Of a stretch of DNA of 63,168 nucleotides, positions 1-9,275 are shown piece after piece. Under the pieces are notes generated by a model. It was not told where the DNA came from, did no database searches, and saw nothing but the letters and a program-made list of their open reading frames with translations. The stretch is taken from positions 1-63,168 of the forward strand of contig JBBSWW010000003.1 of NCBI GenBank assembly GCA_038046085.1. The letters run 5' to 3'. Position numbers and translations under genes: made by a program. Origin of the DNA: Nanobdellota archaeon (GTDB lineage: Archaea; Nanobdellota; Nanobdellia; SCGC-AAA011-G17; GW2011-AR18). Every line of letters starts with the position of its first letter. Position 1 is the first letter of the stretch.

Positions 1-167
1 TCCATGAAATACATATAGAAGGAGTATTTATTAAGGTTTTTGTATTATTATTTCAATGCTTTTTGGCTTCATTAATTTTTGCCTGTGTTTTTAGAATTTG
101 CTTTATCTCTTTTGCTGGTACCTTTTCATTTAGTTAAGTTATTAAATTTTTGTCTAATTTTTAATTT

Positions 168-812
168 ATGTCAAATGAAGAAACTTTAAGATTAAAAGTT
201 GAAGAAGCTATAGGCTTTTTAGCAGGACAATTTTATATTACAGAAGAACAACTTAAAACTTTCAGAAAACCATCATATAATGTTGCTGAGGAGATATTAT
301 TGGGAGTAGAAGGAGAGAAATCAGGACCACTAGTAGGAAAATATTCTTTCAAAGAAGCAAGATTCACTCTACCAACAAGATCATTAGAAGATTCTAAAAC
401 TATAGGACATGAAGCATCGCATTACATACATTATGAGTTAAATAAAGAATTAGTCGATAAAGTATGTAATACCAGAACACCTAATAGGTTATATTGGTGG
501 GGATGGGAATTAATAGAACTAGTAGCAGAATACGGAGGACTATTATACGGTCAGCATAAAGGAGTAGAATACAAACAATTTAGTGAAGGTATGATATCAG
601 ATGATATCCCTGGAATGAATGCACAATTATACTTAATAGTATCACAAAGAGGATATGAAAGAGCAGACCAAGCAATAAAAAAACATGGAAATAGTTTATT
701 ACCAAGACTAGCAAGAATGACAATAGAAGAATCAGAAAAATTAGGAAGAATACTACCAATAACATTCTATGAAAGAAAAATAATTCCATTAATAGATAGA
801 ATGAGAAGATAA
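168..812 (+). CDS. hypothetical protein with HExxH-like motif (possible metallopeptidase)
   Basis: 214-aa ATG ORF with host-like A-ending codons. It contains GHEASHYIH (HEASH = HExxH). No other family signature recognised. Confidence 0.5.
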   Translation: MSNEETLRLKVEEAIGFLAGQFYITEEQLKTFRKPSYNVAEEILLGVEGEKSGPLVGKYSFKEARFTLPTRSLEDSKTIGHEASHYIHYELNKELVDKVCNTRTPNRLYWWGWELIELVAEYGGLLYGQHKGVEYKQFSEGMISDDIPGMNAQLYLIVSQRGYERADQAIKKHGNSLLPRLARMTIEESEKLGRILPITFYERKIIPLIDRMRR

Positions 813-832
813 TAAAACAAATTTCTATTAAT

Positions 833-1234
833 CTAAATGTATCCATCATTAATCAAGTCATTAATAAATTTATCAAAAGATGGAGCAAGATTATATTTTT
901 TAGATTCAAAATCTTCTCTTGACATCCATTCCATTTTCTCTATTTCTGAAGATGGAACAAAAATGCCTGCGTATCTTACAAAATACAACTCAAGACGTAA
1001 AGGATTATCTGAGTGCGCGGCTTTATCTATATTGTAATTATTATAGTGAGTAAAAGACTTTAATTCTACATTGCCTTCTTCTCTTAATTCTCTTCGAAGA
1101 CATGCTTCAGTAGATTCTCCAGGTTCATATTTACCCCCAGGCTGAATCCAAAAGGGCTTCTTTTTAGGTTTAACAATAAGAAGTTTTTGATCTTCAATAC
1201 ATATAGCACCTGCTTTGATTATCAAATCTCCCAT
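833..1234 (-). CDS. NUDIX hydrolase (MutT-like)
   Basis: Nudix box GGKYEPGESTEACLRRELREEGNVEL matches GX5EX7REUXEEXGU. Size is 133 aa. Confidence 0.85.
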   Translation of the reverse strand: MGDLIIKAGAICIEDQKLLIVKPKKKPFWIQPGGKYEPGESTEACLRRELREEGNVELKSFTHYNNYNIDKAAHSDNPLRLELYFVRYAGIFVPSSEIEKMEWMSREDFESKKYNLAPSFDKFINDLINDGYI

Positions 1235-1328
1235 CTGTTCTTATTAAACTTTTTAAATATAAGCATTTCTTCACTTGAAAAGTTCTTTCAAAAAACACAG
1301 AATTACCACTAACTTAGGCTACATAATC

Positions 1329-1379
1329 TTTATAAAGTCTTGAATTAATCATAATTTAGATATAAACTTACTAGGAGGT
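1329..1379 (+). promoter_or_regulatory. TATA-like box plus Shine-Dalgarno for the zinc-ribbon gene
   Basis: TTTATAAA lies at 1329..1336. GGAGGT lies at 1374..1379, 9 nt before the ATG at 1389. Confidence 0.45.
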
Positions 1380-1388
1380 AAGAGTAGA

Positions 1389-1574
1389 ATGGGATTTAGA
1401 GAAGGCGGAAGATCAAACGGCGGTGGCCGTAGCTTTGATAGAGGTCCTAGAGAGATGCACGATGCTACATGTAGTGAATGCGGAACTCAGACAAAAGTAC
1501 CTTTCAAGCCAAAAGAAGGAAGACCAGTATATTGTAAAGATTGCTACATGAAGAAAAAAGATTCTTCAGAGTAA
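1389..1574 (+). CDS. small RGG-rich zinc-ribbon protein (CxxC-x17-CxxC domain)
   Basis: CSEC-17 residues-CKDC arrangement. The N-terminus is Gly/Arg-rich (GGRSNGGGRSFDRGPRE). It is preceded by a strong SD. Confidence 0.75.
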   Translation: MGFREGGRSNGGGRSFDRGPREMHDATCSECGTQTKVPFKPKEGRPVYCKDCYMKKKDSSE

Positions 1575-1607
1575 TAATATAATAACTTATACTTACAGAA
1601 TTCTTAA

Positions 1608-1629
1608 TTTATTTTTATTTTTTTATTTT
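1608..1629 (+). terminator. oligo-T tract downstream of the zinc-ribbon gene
   Basis: tttatttttatttttttatttt, consistent with archaeal oligo-T termination. AT-rich background makes this weak. Confidence 0.3.
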
Positions 1630-1667
1630 AAAAACATTAATAAAGTTCTAATACTTAGTTTTATATT

Positions 1668-1886
1668 ATGTGGGATCATAGTACATTAGTTTATGCAATA
1701 CTCCTTGAACAGGTTGTTGGTTCAAGAGATACAGGATGTTTTGGTAGTTTCGATACTAAATTAGATTTTAATACTTATACAATAAATGACAAGTATAGTG
1801 CACAGTCAAAAAGTGTAATTGTGAAAGTAGAGAGTTTTTATGATTCATCTACTGGAGAACCACTAATCAGAGTTTCTGATATATAG
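1668..1886 (+). CDS. hypothetical small protein
   Basis: 72-aa ORF with no motif recognised. Coding status uncertain. Confidence 0.3.
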   Translation: MWDHSTLVYAILLEQVVGSRDTGCFGSFDTKLDFNTYTINDKYSAQSKSVIVKVESFYDSSTGEPLIRVSDI

Positions 1887-1946
1887 TATATACTATTTCT
1901 TTATATAATAATTATTCTAAAATATTATCATGGAGAGTGGTTATAA

Positions 1947-2744
1947 ATGAAAAATGTAATTTTAAGTCTAATATTAATAATATTCTTAATGGGATGCACA
2001 GCAAACCAGCAAAGTGCTTCTACACAAGATGGAAGAGCAGTATTTGCAATAACAGATGCTGCGGCAGATATGAAAACAGTAACAAGTGTAAAAGTTACAG
2101 TAGATAGTGTGAAAATCCATAGCGAGACAGATGGATGGATAGATGTAACTAATACAAAACAAGAATATGATCTATTAAAATTAAAAGCAGAAGATAAACA
2201 GGCATTATTAGCAGATGCACAATTAAAAGAGGGGAACTATAATCAGCTAAGACTGGATATATCAAAAGTCATAGTAACTGACAGTACAGGAGACCATGAA
2301 GCAAAATTACCATCTGGAGAGCTAAAGATAAATGGAGAATTAACAGTAAAAGCAAACACAACATCAACAGCAACATTTGATTTTATACTAGATGAATCAT
2401 TACATATGACTGGAAATGGAAAATACATACTAGCACCAGTAATACAACTAGAAACAAGAGAGGATGCTGAAGTAAATGTAAATGATGATAATAAAGTAGA
2501 GATAAAATCTGGAAAAGTAAAAACAAATGTAAAAGTTGGAATGGATGTTAAAGGGGATGTAGGAATAGGGTTGGGAATATCTAAAGATGAGATTATAGAT
2601 ATTGATGCTGTTGGAGGATTAAAATTAGGATTGGGAGGTAACAAAGAAAAATCTAATGAAGCAAAAGCTGAATCTCAAACTTCAGTAAATGTTGATGATA
2701 AATTAGAAATAGACAGTTCATTAGAAACAGGAGTTACTGCTTAA
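1947..2744 (+). CDS. lipoprotein, DUF4382-like
   Basis: Signal peptide ends in lipobox LMGC. The body (VDSVKIH...EYDLLKL...GNYNQLRL...LPSGELKI) resembles the DUF4382 family from memory. Confidence 0.65.
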   Translation: MKNVILSLILIIFLMGCTANQQSASTQDGRAVFAITDAAADMKTVTSVKVTVDSVKIHSETDGWIDVTNTKQEYDLLKLKAEDKQALLADAQLKEGNYNQLRLDISKVIVTDSTGDHEAKLPSGELKINGELTVKANTTSTATFDFILDESLHMTGNGKYILAPVIQLETREDAEVNVNDDNKVEIKSGKVKTNVKVGMDVKGDVGIGLGISKDEIIDIDAVGGLKLGLGGNKEKSNEAKAESQTSVNVDDKLEIDSSLETGVTA

Positions 2745-2929
2745 TTTTTTATTTTTTTGTAATCTCTATCTGAATATTTAATACCATTCATTGTATCTCT
2801 AACACAACTTAGTAATCTTTCTCTATACATCTCTCCTGCTAAAACTCTTAATCTTTTAGCTTGAGCAATATCAAGAGGTTCATGTGATATTTTTAATCCT
2901 TCATATTTTAAAGTATCTTCAATTGTCAT
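2741..2929 (-). CDS. hypothetical small protein
   Basis: 62-aa ORF with no motif. Its stop overlaps the 1947..2744 stop region. Confidence 0.35.
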   Translation of the reverse strand: MTIEDTLKYEGLKISHEPLDIAQAKRLRVLAGEMYRERLLSCVRDTMNGIKYSDRDYKKIKN

Positions 2930-2953
2930 AATTATTCCTTAAAATTATAATAT

Positions 2954-3661
2954 TTAAATCTTCCTAACAAAGACTAAAAAAACAGTGTGTCCAAGCATCT
3001 GGTTCTTTGGACGAACTCTTAGATTATCAACAGTCCACTCTCTTTCTAATACTTCACAAACTTTCCATAAATAAAAACTAATATCTAGATGCTTAACAAA
3101 TTCCATAACCTGAGTAATAGTAGGAAGATAACAGACAATAAAACCACCAGATTTCAAAGAATCTTTAGTATGAGGAATAACTTTCCAAGGTTCTAATAAA
3201 TCTAAATGAATCAAGTCTAAATCTTTTTCATCAATACCAGAATAAATATCCTGATTCTTAATATTAACATTTAATTTAAGATTTTCAATGTTAGATTTAG
3301 CAAGATTAAAAAAATCAGGTTTAACTTCATATGATGTAACATTACAACCAACTCTAGCAAAATAAGAAGCAGTATTACCACAACCAGAACCAGCATCAAC
3401 AACATTCGAACCAACACCTAAACCTGTAGTTGTAATAATTAAACCAATATCCTTGTAATGCGCAATAGCAGGACCTCTCTTAATTTCATGAATATTATCA
3501 ATAAAAGAAGAATTAAAAACTATGAAATCCTTATCCATATTAGATTTTACAATACCTGGCTTAATATCAGATTCTTTTAAAATACCAAGATGAGAATGAA
3601 AGTCTCCCTTCTTATAATAATGAACATCTCCATTAGGATCAATAATAATCTTAGTTACCAT
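2954..3661 (-). CDS. trmI: tRNA (adenine-N1)-methyltransferase TrmI/GCD14 family
   Basis: EIKRGPAIAHYKDIGLI followed by SAM motif VVDAGSGCGNTAS. There is an N-terminal small beta domain. Size is 235 aa. Confidence 0.75.
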   Translation of the reverse strand: MVTKIIIDPNGDVHYYKKGDFHSHLGILKESDIKPGIVKSNMDKDFIVFNSSFIDNIHEIKRGPAIAHYKDIGLIITTTGLGVGSNVVDAGSGCGNTASYFARVGCNVTSYEVKPDFFNLAKSNIENLKLNVNIKNQDIYSGIDEKDLDLIHLDLLEPWKVIPHTKDSLKSGGFIVCYLPTITQVMEFVKHLDISFYLWKVCEVLEREWTVDNLRVRPKNQMLGHTVFLVFVRKI

Positions 3662-3692
3662 AATAAATAGTTAAGAATAAAGTTTTATAAGA

Positions 3693-4511
3693 CTAACTAA
3701 TTCTTTTTTCACCAATCTTATGTTCAATACCATCACGAGCCCAATGCCAAGGTCTTTCACGAACCAAATGATTACATTTAACAGAATTATCACAATAAAT
3801 CTTTAAGTTAAGTTTTTCAATAACATCCTTACAGAAAATAACATCATCAAAACCGCCATCTAAATTTTCTCTAAAACCTAATCTTTCTAAAATAGATTTG
3901 TGAATAAGTATACAACCAGTACCACACATCTTAATTTCTATAATATTATCATTATTAACTTCTTCTTCAGTTAATTGTCTACGAATACGAGAAAAATTAA
4001 AATTTTCTTTAACTAAAACATTATAAAACTGAGGATTCCTAACCTTAATATTCTCTAAATTATTTAAAATCTCATTTTGTTGTTGTTCAGAAAACCAACC
4101 ATAAACAACCGGAAGCTTTTTTTCAATACCATTATGCATAAAATAACTATAATAAACACCAGTAATAACTTCTTTATTATCAGAAACTAACTTCCTTAAA
4201 GCATCTTTAGATAATAAAACATCCTGATCAACATCAAAAAAATAATCATAACCATCATCAAGAACTTTTTTAACCATTAAATTACGGCAATAAACCATAC
4301 GCTTCTTAATACTAGAAAACTGAGAACCATCACGAATCATATTAATTTTATCCTTATATTTATTATAAAACTCATCAGAGTCAGAATTATCAATCAATAA
4401 AATATCAAAATTAGGATAATCCAATTCCTTCAAGCTCTGAATAAAAGCATCAGTAGAGTATTCATGATTCTTAGAAACAGGACCACCAACCAAAACTTTA
4501 GGAAATTCCAT
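3693..4511 (-). CDS. glycosyltransferase family 2-like
   Basis: DYPNFDILLIDNSDSDEF, a GT-A DxD-type N-terminal region. I moved the start to the ATG at 4511 (MEFPKVLVGG), which has a TATA-like ttttataata upstream. The ORF-track start at 4565 would overlap the upstream gene. Confidence 0.6.
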   Translation of the reverse strand: MEFPKVLVGGPVSKNHEYSTDAFIQSLKELDYPNFDILLIDNSDSDEFYNKYKDKINMIRDGSQFSSIKKRMVYCRNLMVKKVLDDGYDYFFDVDQDVLLSKDALRKLVSDNKEVITGVYYSYFMHNGIEKKLPVVYGWFSEQQQNEILNNLENIKVRNPQFYNVLVKENFNFSRIRRQLTEEEVNNDNIIEIKMCGTGCILIHKSILERLGFRENLDGGFDDVIFCKDVIEKLNLKIYCDNSVKCNHLVRERPWHWARDGIEHKIGEKRIS

Positions 4512-4548
4512 AACTATTGAATTAATTAATATTATAAAAAACCTTTTA

Positions 4549-5694
4549 TTATAAACCAGACTCAACTAAAAACAAGTCAGTATTTTTAGCACCCATATAA
4601 TCAGTTTCGTAAATAATATACTTACCATCACTAGAAAATTGAGCATTAGGCTGGGAATGAGTGTTACTATCATAACTATTATCATGAGAAACTAAAATGT
4701 ATTTATCATTAGAGTCAAGTTTCATAATAATAATCTTATTCTTATATATAGAATCTATAGGGAGATAGCCAGGATGGACAGTAATCAAGAAAGTATTACC
4801 ATCAGGATGCCATGCACCATGACCTTGATAAGGACTAATATCCTTCAATATATTGCCATATAAATCAATAATATAACCTTCAGATGCACACAAAATTTTA
4901 TCTTTATTAGGATTAATATCATAATGAGAACATTCAACTGGAATTCTTCTAATTTCATTAGTGTTAATGTCTAAAACTAAAGGCTTGTTAAAATCTCCAT
5001 GGAAATCCCTATCTTTACCTCTTGTTAAAAATAAAATCTCATGATCATTAATCCATACAGGATGATCAAGATAAAAAATATTTTTTTCATCAGTAATAAA
5101 CAATTTCCTATAACCAGAACCATTAGAATTTATCAAAGAGAGAGCCTTATGATGGTCATTAAACTTAGTGCTTTCCTCAATAAATACAAAACTAGAACCA
5201 GAAGGATTATAACGAATAAAAGACATAAAATTTCTAATAGGAACATAAATAATCTTTTCTTTAAAGCTAGTAATATTAACAAAATGAATCTTTCCAGTAG
5301 TAGTGTAAACAACTTTATTATCATTAGACCATGAAGGAGACCACCCCCAAGACCTATCCTTAGAGATTAAATTAATCTTACCATTAAACATATTCATAAC
5401 ATAAATCCCAGACTTACCATCAATCCTATCAGATTTAAAAATAAACATAGAATCATCAGGACTGAAATGTTTAGGCTCCTGGTAAAAAATATTATCATTA
5501 AATCTATTAGAGGTTAATTGAGTAATATGTGTCTTTTTATAAGATAAACCCTGAAAAATTCTCTCAGATTTGAAAGATAGGTTATCACTAATTAACATTC
5601 CAGTAATATCTAAAATATTGTTTTTGTTAAGAAAAGACAATGATACTAAAATCAAAGAAATCACTATTAAGATACTTACTAAACCTCTTTTCAT
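4549..5694 (-). CDS. membrane-anchored PD40/TolB-like beta-propeller protein
   Basis: Repeated PD40-like units: FSPDDSMFIF, WSPSWSNDNKVVY, YNPSGSSFVF, WHPDGNTFLI, FSSDGKYIIY. I chose the ATG at 5694 (MKRGLVSILIVISLILV signal/TM). The ORF-track start at 5796 is a TTG extension. Confidence 0.7.
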   Translation of the reverse strand: MKRGLVSILIVISLILVSLSFLNKNNILDITGMLISDNLSFKSERIFQGLSYKKTHITQLTSNRFNDNIFYQEPKHFSPDDSMFIFKSDRIDGKSGIYVMNMFNGKINLISKDRSWGWSPSWSNDNKVVYTTTGKIHFVNITSFKEKIIYVPIRNFMSFIRYNPSGSSFVFIEESTKFNDHHKALSLINSNGSGYRKLFITDEKNIFYLDHPVWINDHEILFLTRGKDRDFHGDFNKPLVLDINTNEIRRIPVECSHYDINPNKDKILCASEGYIIDLYGNILKDISPYQGHGAWHPDGNTFLITVHPGYLPIDSIYKNKIIIMKLDSNDKYILVSHDNSYDSNTHSQPNAQFSSDGKYIIYETDYMGAKNTDLFLVESGL

Positions 5695-5822
5695 AAGTAA
5701 TTTATTGATATAAACAGTATAAATATTTATCTTTAGGTTTATTTTGGAGTTAATGATATAATAACGATAACTTTTTCTAAAAACTAATAAATTCAAGCTA
5801 ATGCATACTATTAGAAGATGAA

Positions 5823-5956
5823 TGCGGAGAACAGGATTCGAACCTGCGAAGGCACTAAGCCAATAGATATCTCAACAATCATTATAATTGCCAGATAAAA
5901 GGTTTTCACCTGCGGCCTCTTGAGTCTATTCCGTTTGGCCGCTCCGGAATCTCCGC
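5823..5956 (-). tRNA. tRNA-Leu(CAA) with a 50-nt intron, CCA not encoded
   Basis: Acceptor stem GCGGAGA/TCTCCGC. Anticodon stem ATAGA/TCTAT with loop CTCAAGA. Long variable arm TGGCTTAGTGCC. T-arm GCAGGTTCGAATCCTGT. Discriminator A. Confidence 0.85.
5869..5918 (-). other. tRNA intron at canonical 37/38 position
   Basis: 50 nt lie between anticodon-loop G37 and A38. Intron 3' part UUGAG pairs with CUCAA of the anticodon loop and leaves a 3-nt AUA bulge (bulge-helix-bulge-like). The boundary is ambiguous by 1 nt. Confidence 0.7.
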
Positions 5957-5982
5957 ATCTGATAAAAAGTAATTAAAAATTA

Positions 5983-5991
5983 TTTATAAAA
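5983..5991 (-). promoter_or_regulatory. TATA box for tRNA-Leu
   Basis: On the minus strand, TTTTATAAA ends about 26 nt upstream of tRNA position 1. Confidence 0.5.
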
Positions 5992-6064
5992 GTTTTCTTT
6001 TAAAAAATATAATACTATCGTATGACCGACATACTTATAAATCAATAAACTTACTATAGATTCA

Positions 6065-6742
6065 ATGAAAAATTCTGTTATAGAACTCAAAGATGTTTGG
6101 AAAATCTATGAGATGGGTGAGACAAAAGTAGAGGCTTTAAGAGGACTTACTTTAGATATAAGAAAAGGAGAATTTGTAGCAGTACAGGGACCATCAGGAT
6201 CAGGAAAATCTACTACTTTTAATATGATAGGATGTCTTGACTTACCAACAAAAGGAAAAATATTCTTAGATGGACTTGATATAGCAAAACTGACAGAAAA
6301 TGAATTAGCACAGATAAGAGGAAAGAAGATAGGATTCATATTCCAGACTTTTAATTTAATGCCAAGCATAACAACATTAGATAATGTAACACTACCATTA
6401 ATATTCCAGGGAAACTTAAACAAAGAAAGTATACATAAGGCAAAAGAATTATTAATAAAAGTAGGATTAGGACATAGGATGGGACACAAACCAAACCAAT
6501 TATCTGGAGGAGAACGTCAGAGAGTTGCAATAGCAAGAGCATTAATAAATGATCCAGAAGTAATCCTAGCAGATGAACCAACAGGAAACTTAGATACAAA
6601 AAACGGAGAATTAATAATGAATATGCTAGGAGAATTAAATAAAAAAGAGAAAAAGACAATAGTATTAGTAACACATGAAAAAATAGTATCATCACATGCT
6701 AATAGAGTTATAAAAATAAGAGATGGGAGAGTGGAAAAATGA
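6065..6742 (+). CDS. ABC transporter ATP-binding protein (MacB/LolD type)
   Basis: Walker A GPSGSGKST, signature LSGGERQRVAIARAL, Walker B ILADEPTGNLD. Confidence 0.9.
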   Translation: MKNSVIELKDVWKIYEMGETKVEALRGLTLDIRKGEFVAVQGPSGSGKSTTFNMIGCLDLPTKGKIFLDGLDIAKLTENELAQIRGKKIGFIFQTFNLMPSITTLDNVTLPLIFQGNLNKESIHKAKELLIKVGLGHRMGHKPNQLSGGERQRVAIARALINDPEVILADEPTGNLDTKNGELIMNMLGELNKKEKKTIVLVTHEKIVSSHANRVIKIRDGRVEK

Positions 6743-8070
6743 AAAAAAGTCTATTAATAAGTATAGCATTAATGTTAATATTATTAGTAAGCTTAGTAGA
6801 TGCAAGAGTAACAGTAATATCAAAAGGAGAGGATATAAAGATAGACTTGATAAAATTTGATCCATCACCAGTAACACCAGGATCAGAGACAGAGGTAGAG
6901 TTTGAGATAACAAACCTAAGAAAAGAGACATTACCAAATTCTAATATAAAATTAGTAACAAAATTCCCATTAGAACCAGTAAAAACTGATGTTGATATAC
7001 CGGCAATAAAACCTGGAGAGAGTGTACAGTTCAGTTTCAGGTTCAAGACAAATAAAGATGCATTGGCAGGAGATTATCCAGTATCAGTACAGTTCTATTC
7101 ACCTGGATTAGAATCATTAACAAGCGAACCATTCTCAGTTCCTGTCATATTAAGAAGCAGAGCATTATCAGGAATTGGTTTTACAATAACACCTGAGATA
7201 ATAAGTCCTGGTGAGAAAGCAAATGTAAAAATAGATTTCCAGAACACAGAATTATCATCATTAGAAGATGTAGTAGTAAAACTAGATCTAAGCAATACAA
7301 CATTACCATTCGCACCAATACAGAGTGGTACAGAACAGACAATAAAGACAATAAGTCCTGGAAGTTCAGCATCATTAAATTTTGGATTGATAGTGTTTCC
7401 AGATGCAGCATCAAATGTATATAGAGTTCCTGTACAGGTAACTTATTATGATTCAACTGGAACAAAATTCACGAAAAATGAGGTAATAGGAATAGTTGTA
7501 GGAGCAAAACCAAAATATCAATTAGATCTTGAAGAGAGCACAGTATACCAGAAAGGAAAAAGTGGAAAAGTTGTATTAAGCCTATCAAACATAGGACCAA
7601 CAGACATGAAATTCACAAGCTTAACATTATCAAACTCTGAAAACTATGATGTAATCTCAAAATCAAGAGTATATGTAGGAAACTTAAAACCAGATGATTT
7701 CGAGACAGCTGAATTCAATATCTATGTAAAAAGTCCTGGAACATTAAAAGTCAATATAGAGTATAAGGATACTTTTAATAATGATTATTCTGAAACAAGA
7801 GAATTGACATTACCAGTATATGACAATAATCTGATAAACAAATATGGACTGATAACTACAGAAAGTAATGGACAAATTGTTACATTTATATTACTATTAT
7901 TCGTTATTGTTATTATAATAGGATGGGTAAAGACAAGAAGCCTATTAGAAGGAATAAAATACGCTTTCTCAACAATATTTGGAATGATAATAAAATTCCT
8001 TAAACAGTTTACCCCAACAAATATAAAAAAGAACTGGAAGACATTCAAAGAATTTGTAAAAAGACAATGA
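6739..8070 (+). CDS. S-layer-like/CARDB-type beta-sandwich surface protein with C-terminal TM anchor
   Basis: Signal peptide, then repeated roughly 100-aa beta-rich units (PGSETEVEFEITN, PGEKANVKIDFQN, GKVVLSLSNIG), then C-terminal TM IVTFILLLFVIVIIIGWV. ATGA overlaps with both neighbours. Confidence 0.65.
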   Translation: MKKSLLISIALMLILLVSLVDARVTVISKGEDIKIDLIKFDPSPVTPGSETEVEFEITNLRKETLPNSNIKLVTKFPLEPVKTDVDIPAIKPGESVQFSFRFKTNKDALAGDYPVSVQFYSPGLESLTSEPFSVPVILRSRALSGIGFTITPEIISPGEKANVKIDFQNTELSSLEDVVVKLDLSNTTLPFAPIQSGTEQTIKTISPGSSASLNFGLIVFPDAASNVYRVPVQVTYYDSTGTKFTKNEVIGIVVGAKPKYQLDLEESTVYQKGKSGKVVLSLSNIGPTDMKFTSLTLSNSENYDVISKSRVYVGNLKPDDFETAEFNIYVKSPGTLKVNIEYKDTFNNDYSETRELTLPVYDNNLINKYGLITTESNGQIVTFILLLFVIVIIIGWVKTRSLLEGIKYAFSTIFGMIIKFLKQFTPTNIKKNWKTFKEFVKRQ

Positions 8071-9275
8071 TAAAACATTATTTTTTTATTTCTTTAAAAA
8101 GTTTATCACACAGAAAACTAAGATCAAGCTTGACAATATTGGGAATAGTAATAGGAATAATGTCAATAGTAGCATTACTTACTATATCATCAAGTTTGAA
8201 AAGTTCAATAGAAGATCAGTTTAGTAAAATAGGAGCTACAAGACTGTATGTATTTCCTAAAAGTAATGCCGGATTTGTGCCAACACAAGGATTAGAGAAA
8301 AAAGATGGAGAAACATTAGAGAGGTTAAGCGAATTTAAGTGGGTAACGCCATATCTAATGCAGAGTTCAAGTGTAGAATTTAATAGTGAAGTAAAAAAAA
8401 TCAGTGTATTAGCAACACCAACAGATCAGTTAGAAGAGAGATGGAAGGATTTAGATTTTAAAGTAGATAAAGGAAGATTATTTACAGATAATGATGGGTA
8501 TTCAGCAATAATAGGAAAAAGAGTAGAAGATGATGTATTCAAGAAGGATATAAGAATAAATGATAATATAATAATAGAAGGGAAAAAATTTAGAGTAATA
8601 GGAATATTAACAGAGTTTGGAAATCCTGATGATGATAATAGAATCTATGTGCCAATAGAAACAGCAAGAATTGCTTTTAATAAACCAACACAACTATCAA
8701 TGATAGAACTTGTAGTAAAACCTGGAGTAGATATACCAGCAGCAGCAAAAAAAGTTGAGAATACATTATTAAAATCTAAAGGAGAAAAATTATCAGCATC
8801 AAAGAAAAATCAACTAAGTTTTGAAGTAATAACACCAGAACAGTTACTAGGACAATTAAATAATGTTTTGTTGATAATACAACTAGTACTAGTAAGTATA
8901 GCAGCAGTATCATTAGTTGTTGGAGTTGTTGGAATAATGAATTCAATGTATACATCAGTATTAGAGAGAACGAGAGATATAGGGGTAATGAAGTCTGTAG
9001 GTGCTAAAAGAAGTGATATATTAAAAGTATTTTTGATAGAAGCAGGAATCATAGGATTAATAGGTGGAGTAGTTGGTGTAATAATTGGAGTAGCACTAGC
9101 TAAATTAGTTGGGAGTGCTGCAGCTGAATCTGGATTTTCATTCTTAAAAATAAAAATAGATTACTTTGTAATGTTATTATGTATAATATTTTCAATGTTA
9201 TTTGCAATGTTCTCAGGATATTTGCCAGCAAAAAGAGCTTCTAAAATGGAACCAGTGGAGGCATTAAGAGGATGA
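8067..9275 (+). CDS. ABC transporter permease (MacB/FtsX family)
   Basis: N-terminal TM, large periplasmic-type domain and C-terminal FtsX region (GIMNSMYTSVLERTRDIGVMKSVGAKRSDI). Confidence 0.85.
   Translation: MIKHYFFISLKSLSHRKLRSSLTILGIVIGIMSIVALLTISSSLKSSIEDQFSKIGATRLYVFPKSNAGFVPTQGLEKKDGETLERLSEFKWVTPYLMQSSSVEFNSEVKKISVLATPTDQLEERWKDLDFKVDKGRLFTDNDGYSAIIGKRVEDDVFKKDIRINDNIIIEGKKFRVIGILTEFGNPDDDNRIYVPIETARIAFNKPTQLSMIELVVKPGVDIPAAAKKVENTLLKSKGEKLSASKKNQLSFEVITPEQLLGQLNNVLLIIQLVLVSIAAVSLVVGVVGIMNSMYTSVLERTRDIGVMKSVGAKRSDILKVFLIEAGIIGLIGGVVGVIIGVALAKLVGSAAAESGFSFLKIKIDYFVMLLCIIFSMLFAMFSGYLPAKRASKMEPVEALRG

Noticed and set aside
5695-5796. TTG-initiated extension of the PD40 propeller gene, and the similar extension 4512..4565 of the GT2 gene
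   Set aside because: Internal ATGs at 5694 and 4511 give a signal/TM start or a canonical GT start, and they remove the gene overlaps.
6106-7465. Cluster of minus-strand ORFs (6106..6489, 6351..6695, 6692..6937, 6708..7046, 7095..7295, 7181..7465)
   Set aside because: All lie antisense to the well-supported ABC ATPase and S-layer-like genes. Their translations are low-complexity Leu/Ile/Phe/Ser strings, typical of antisense A-rich coding DNA.
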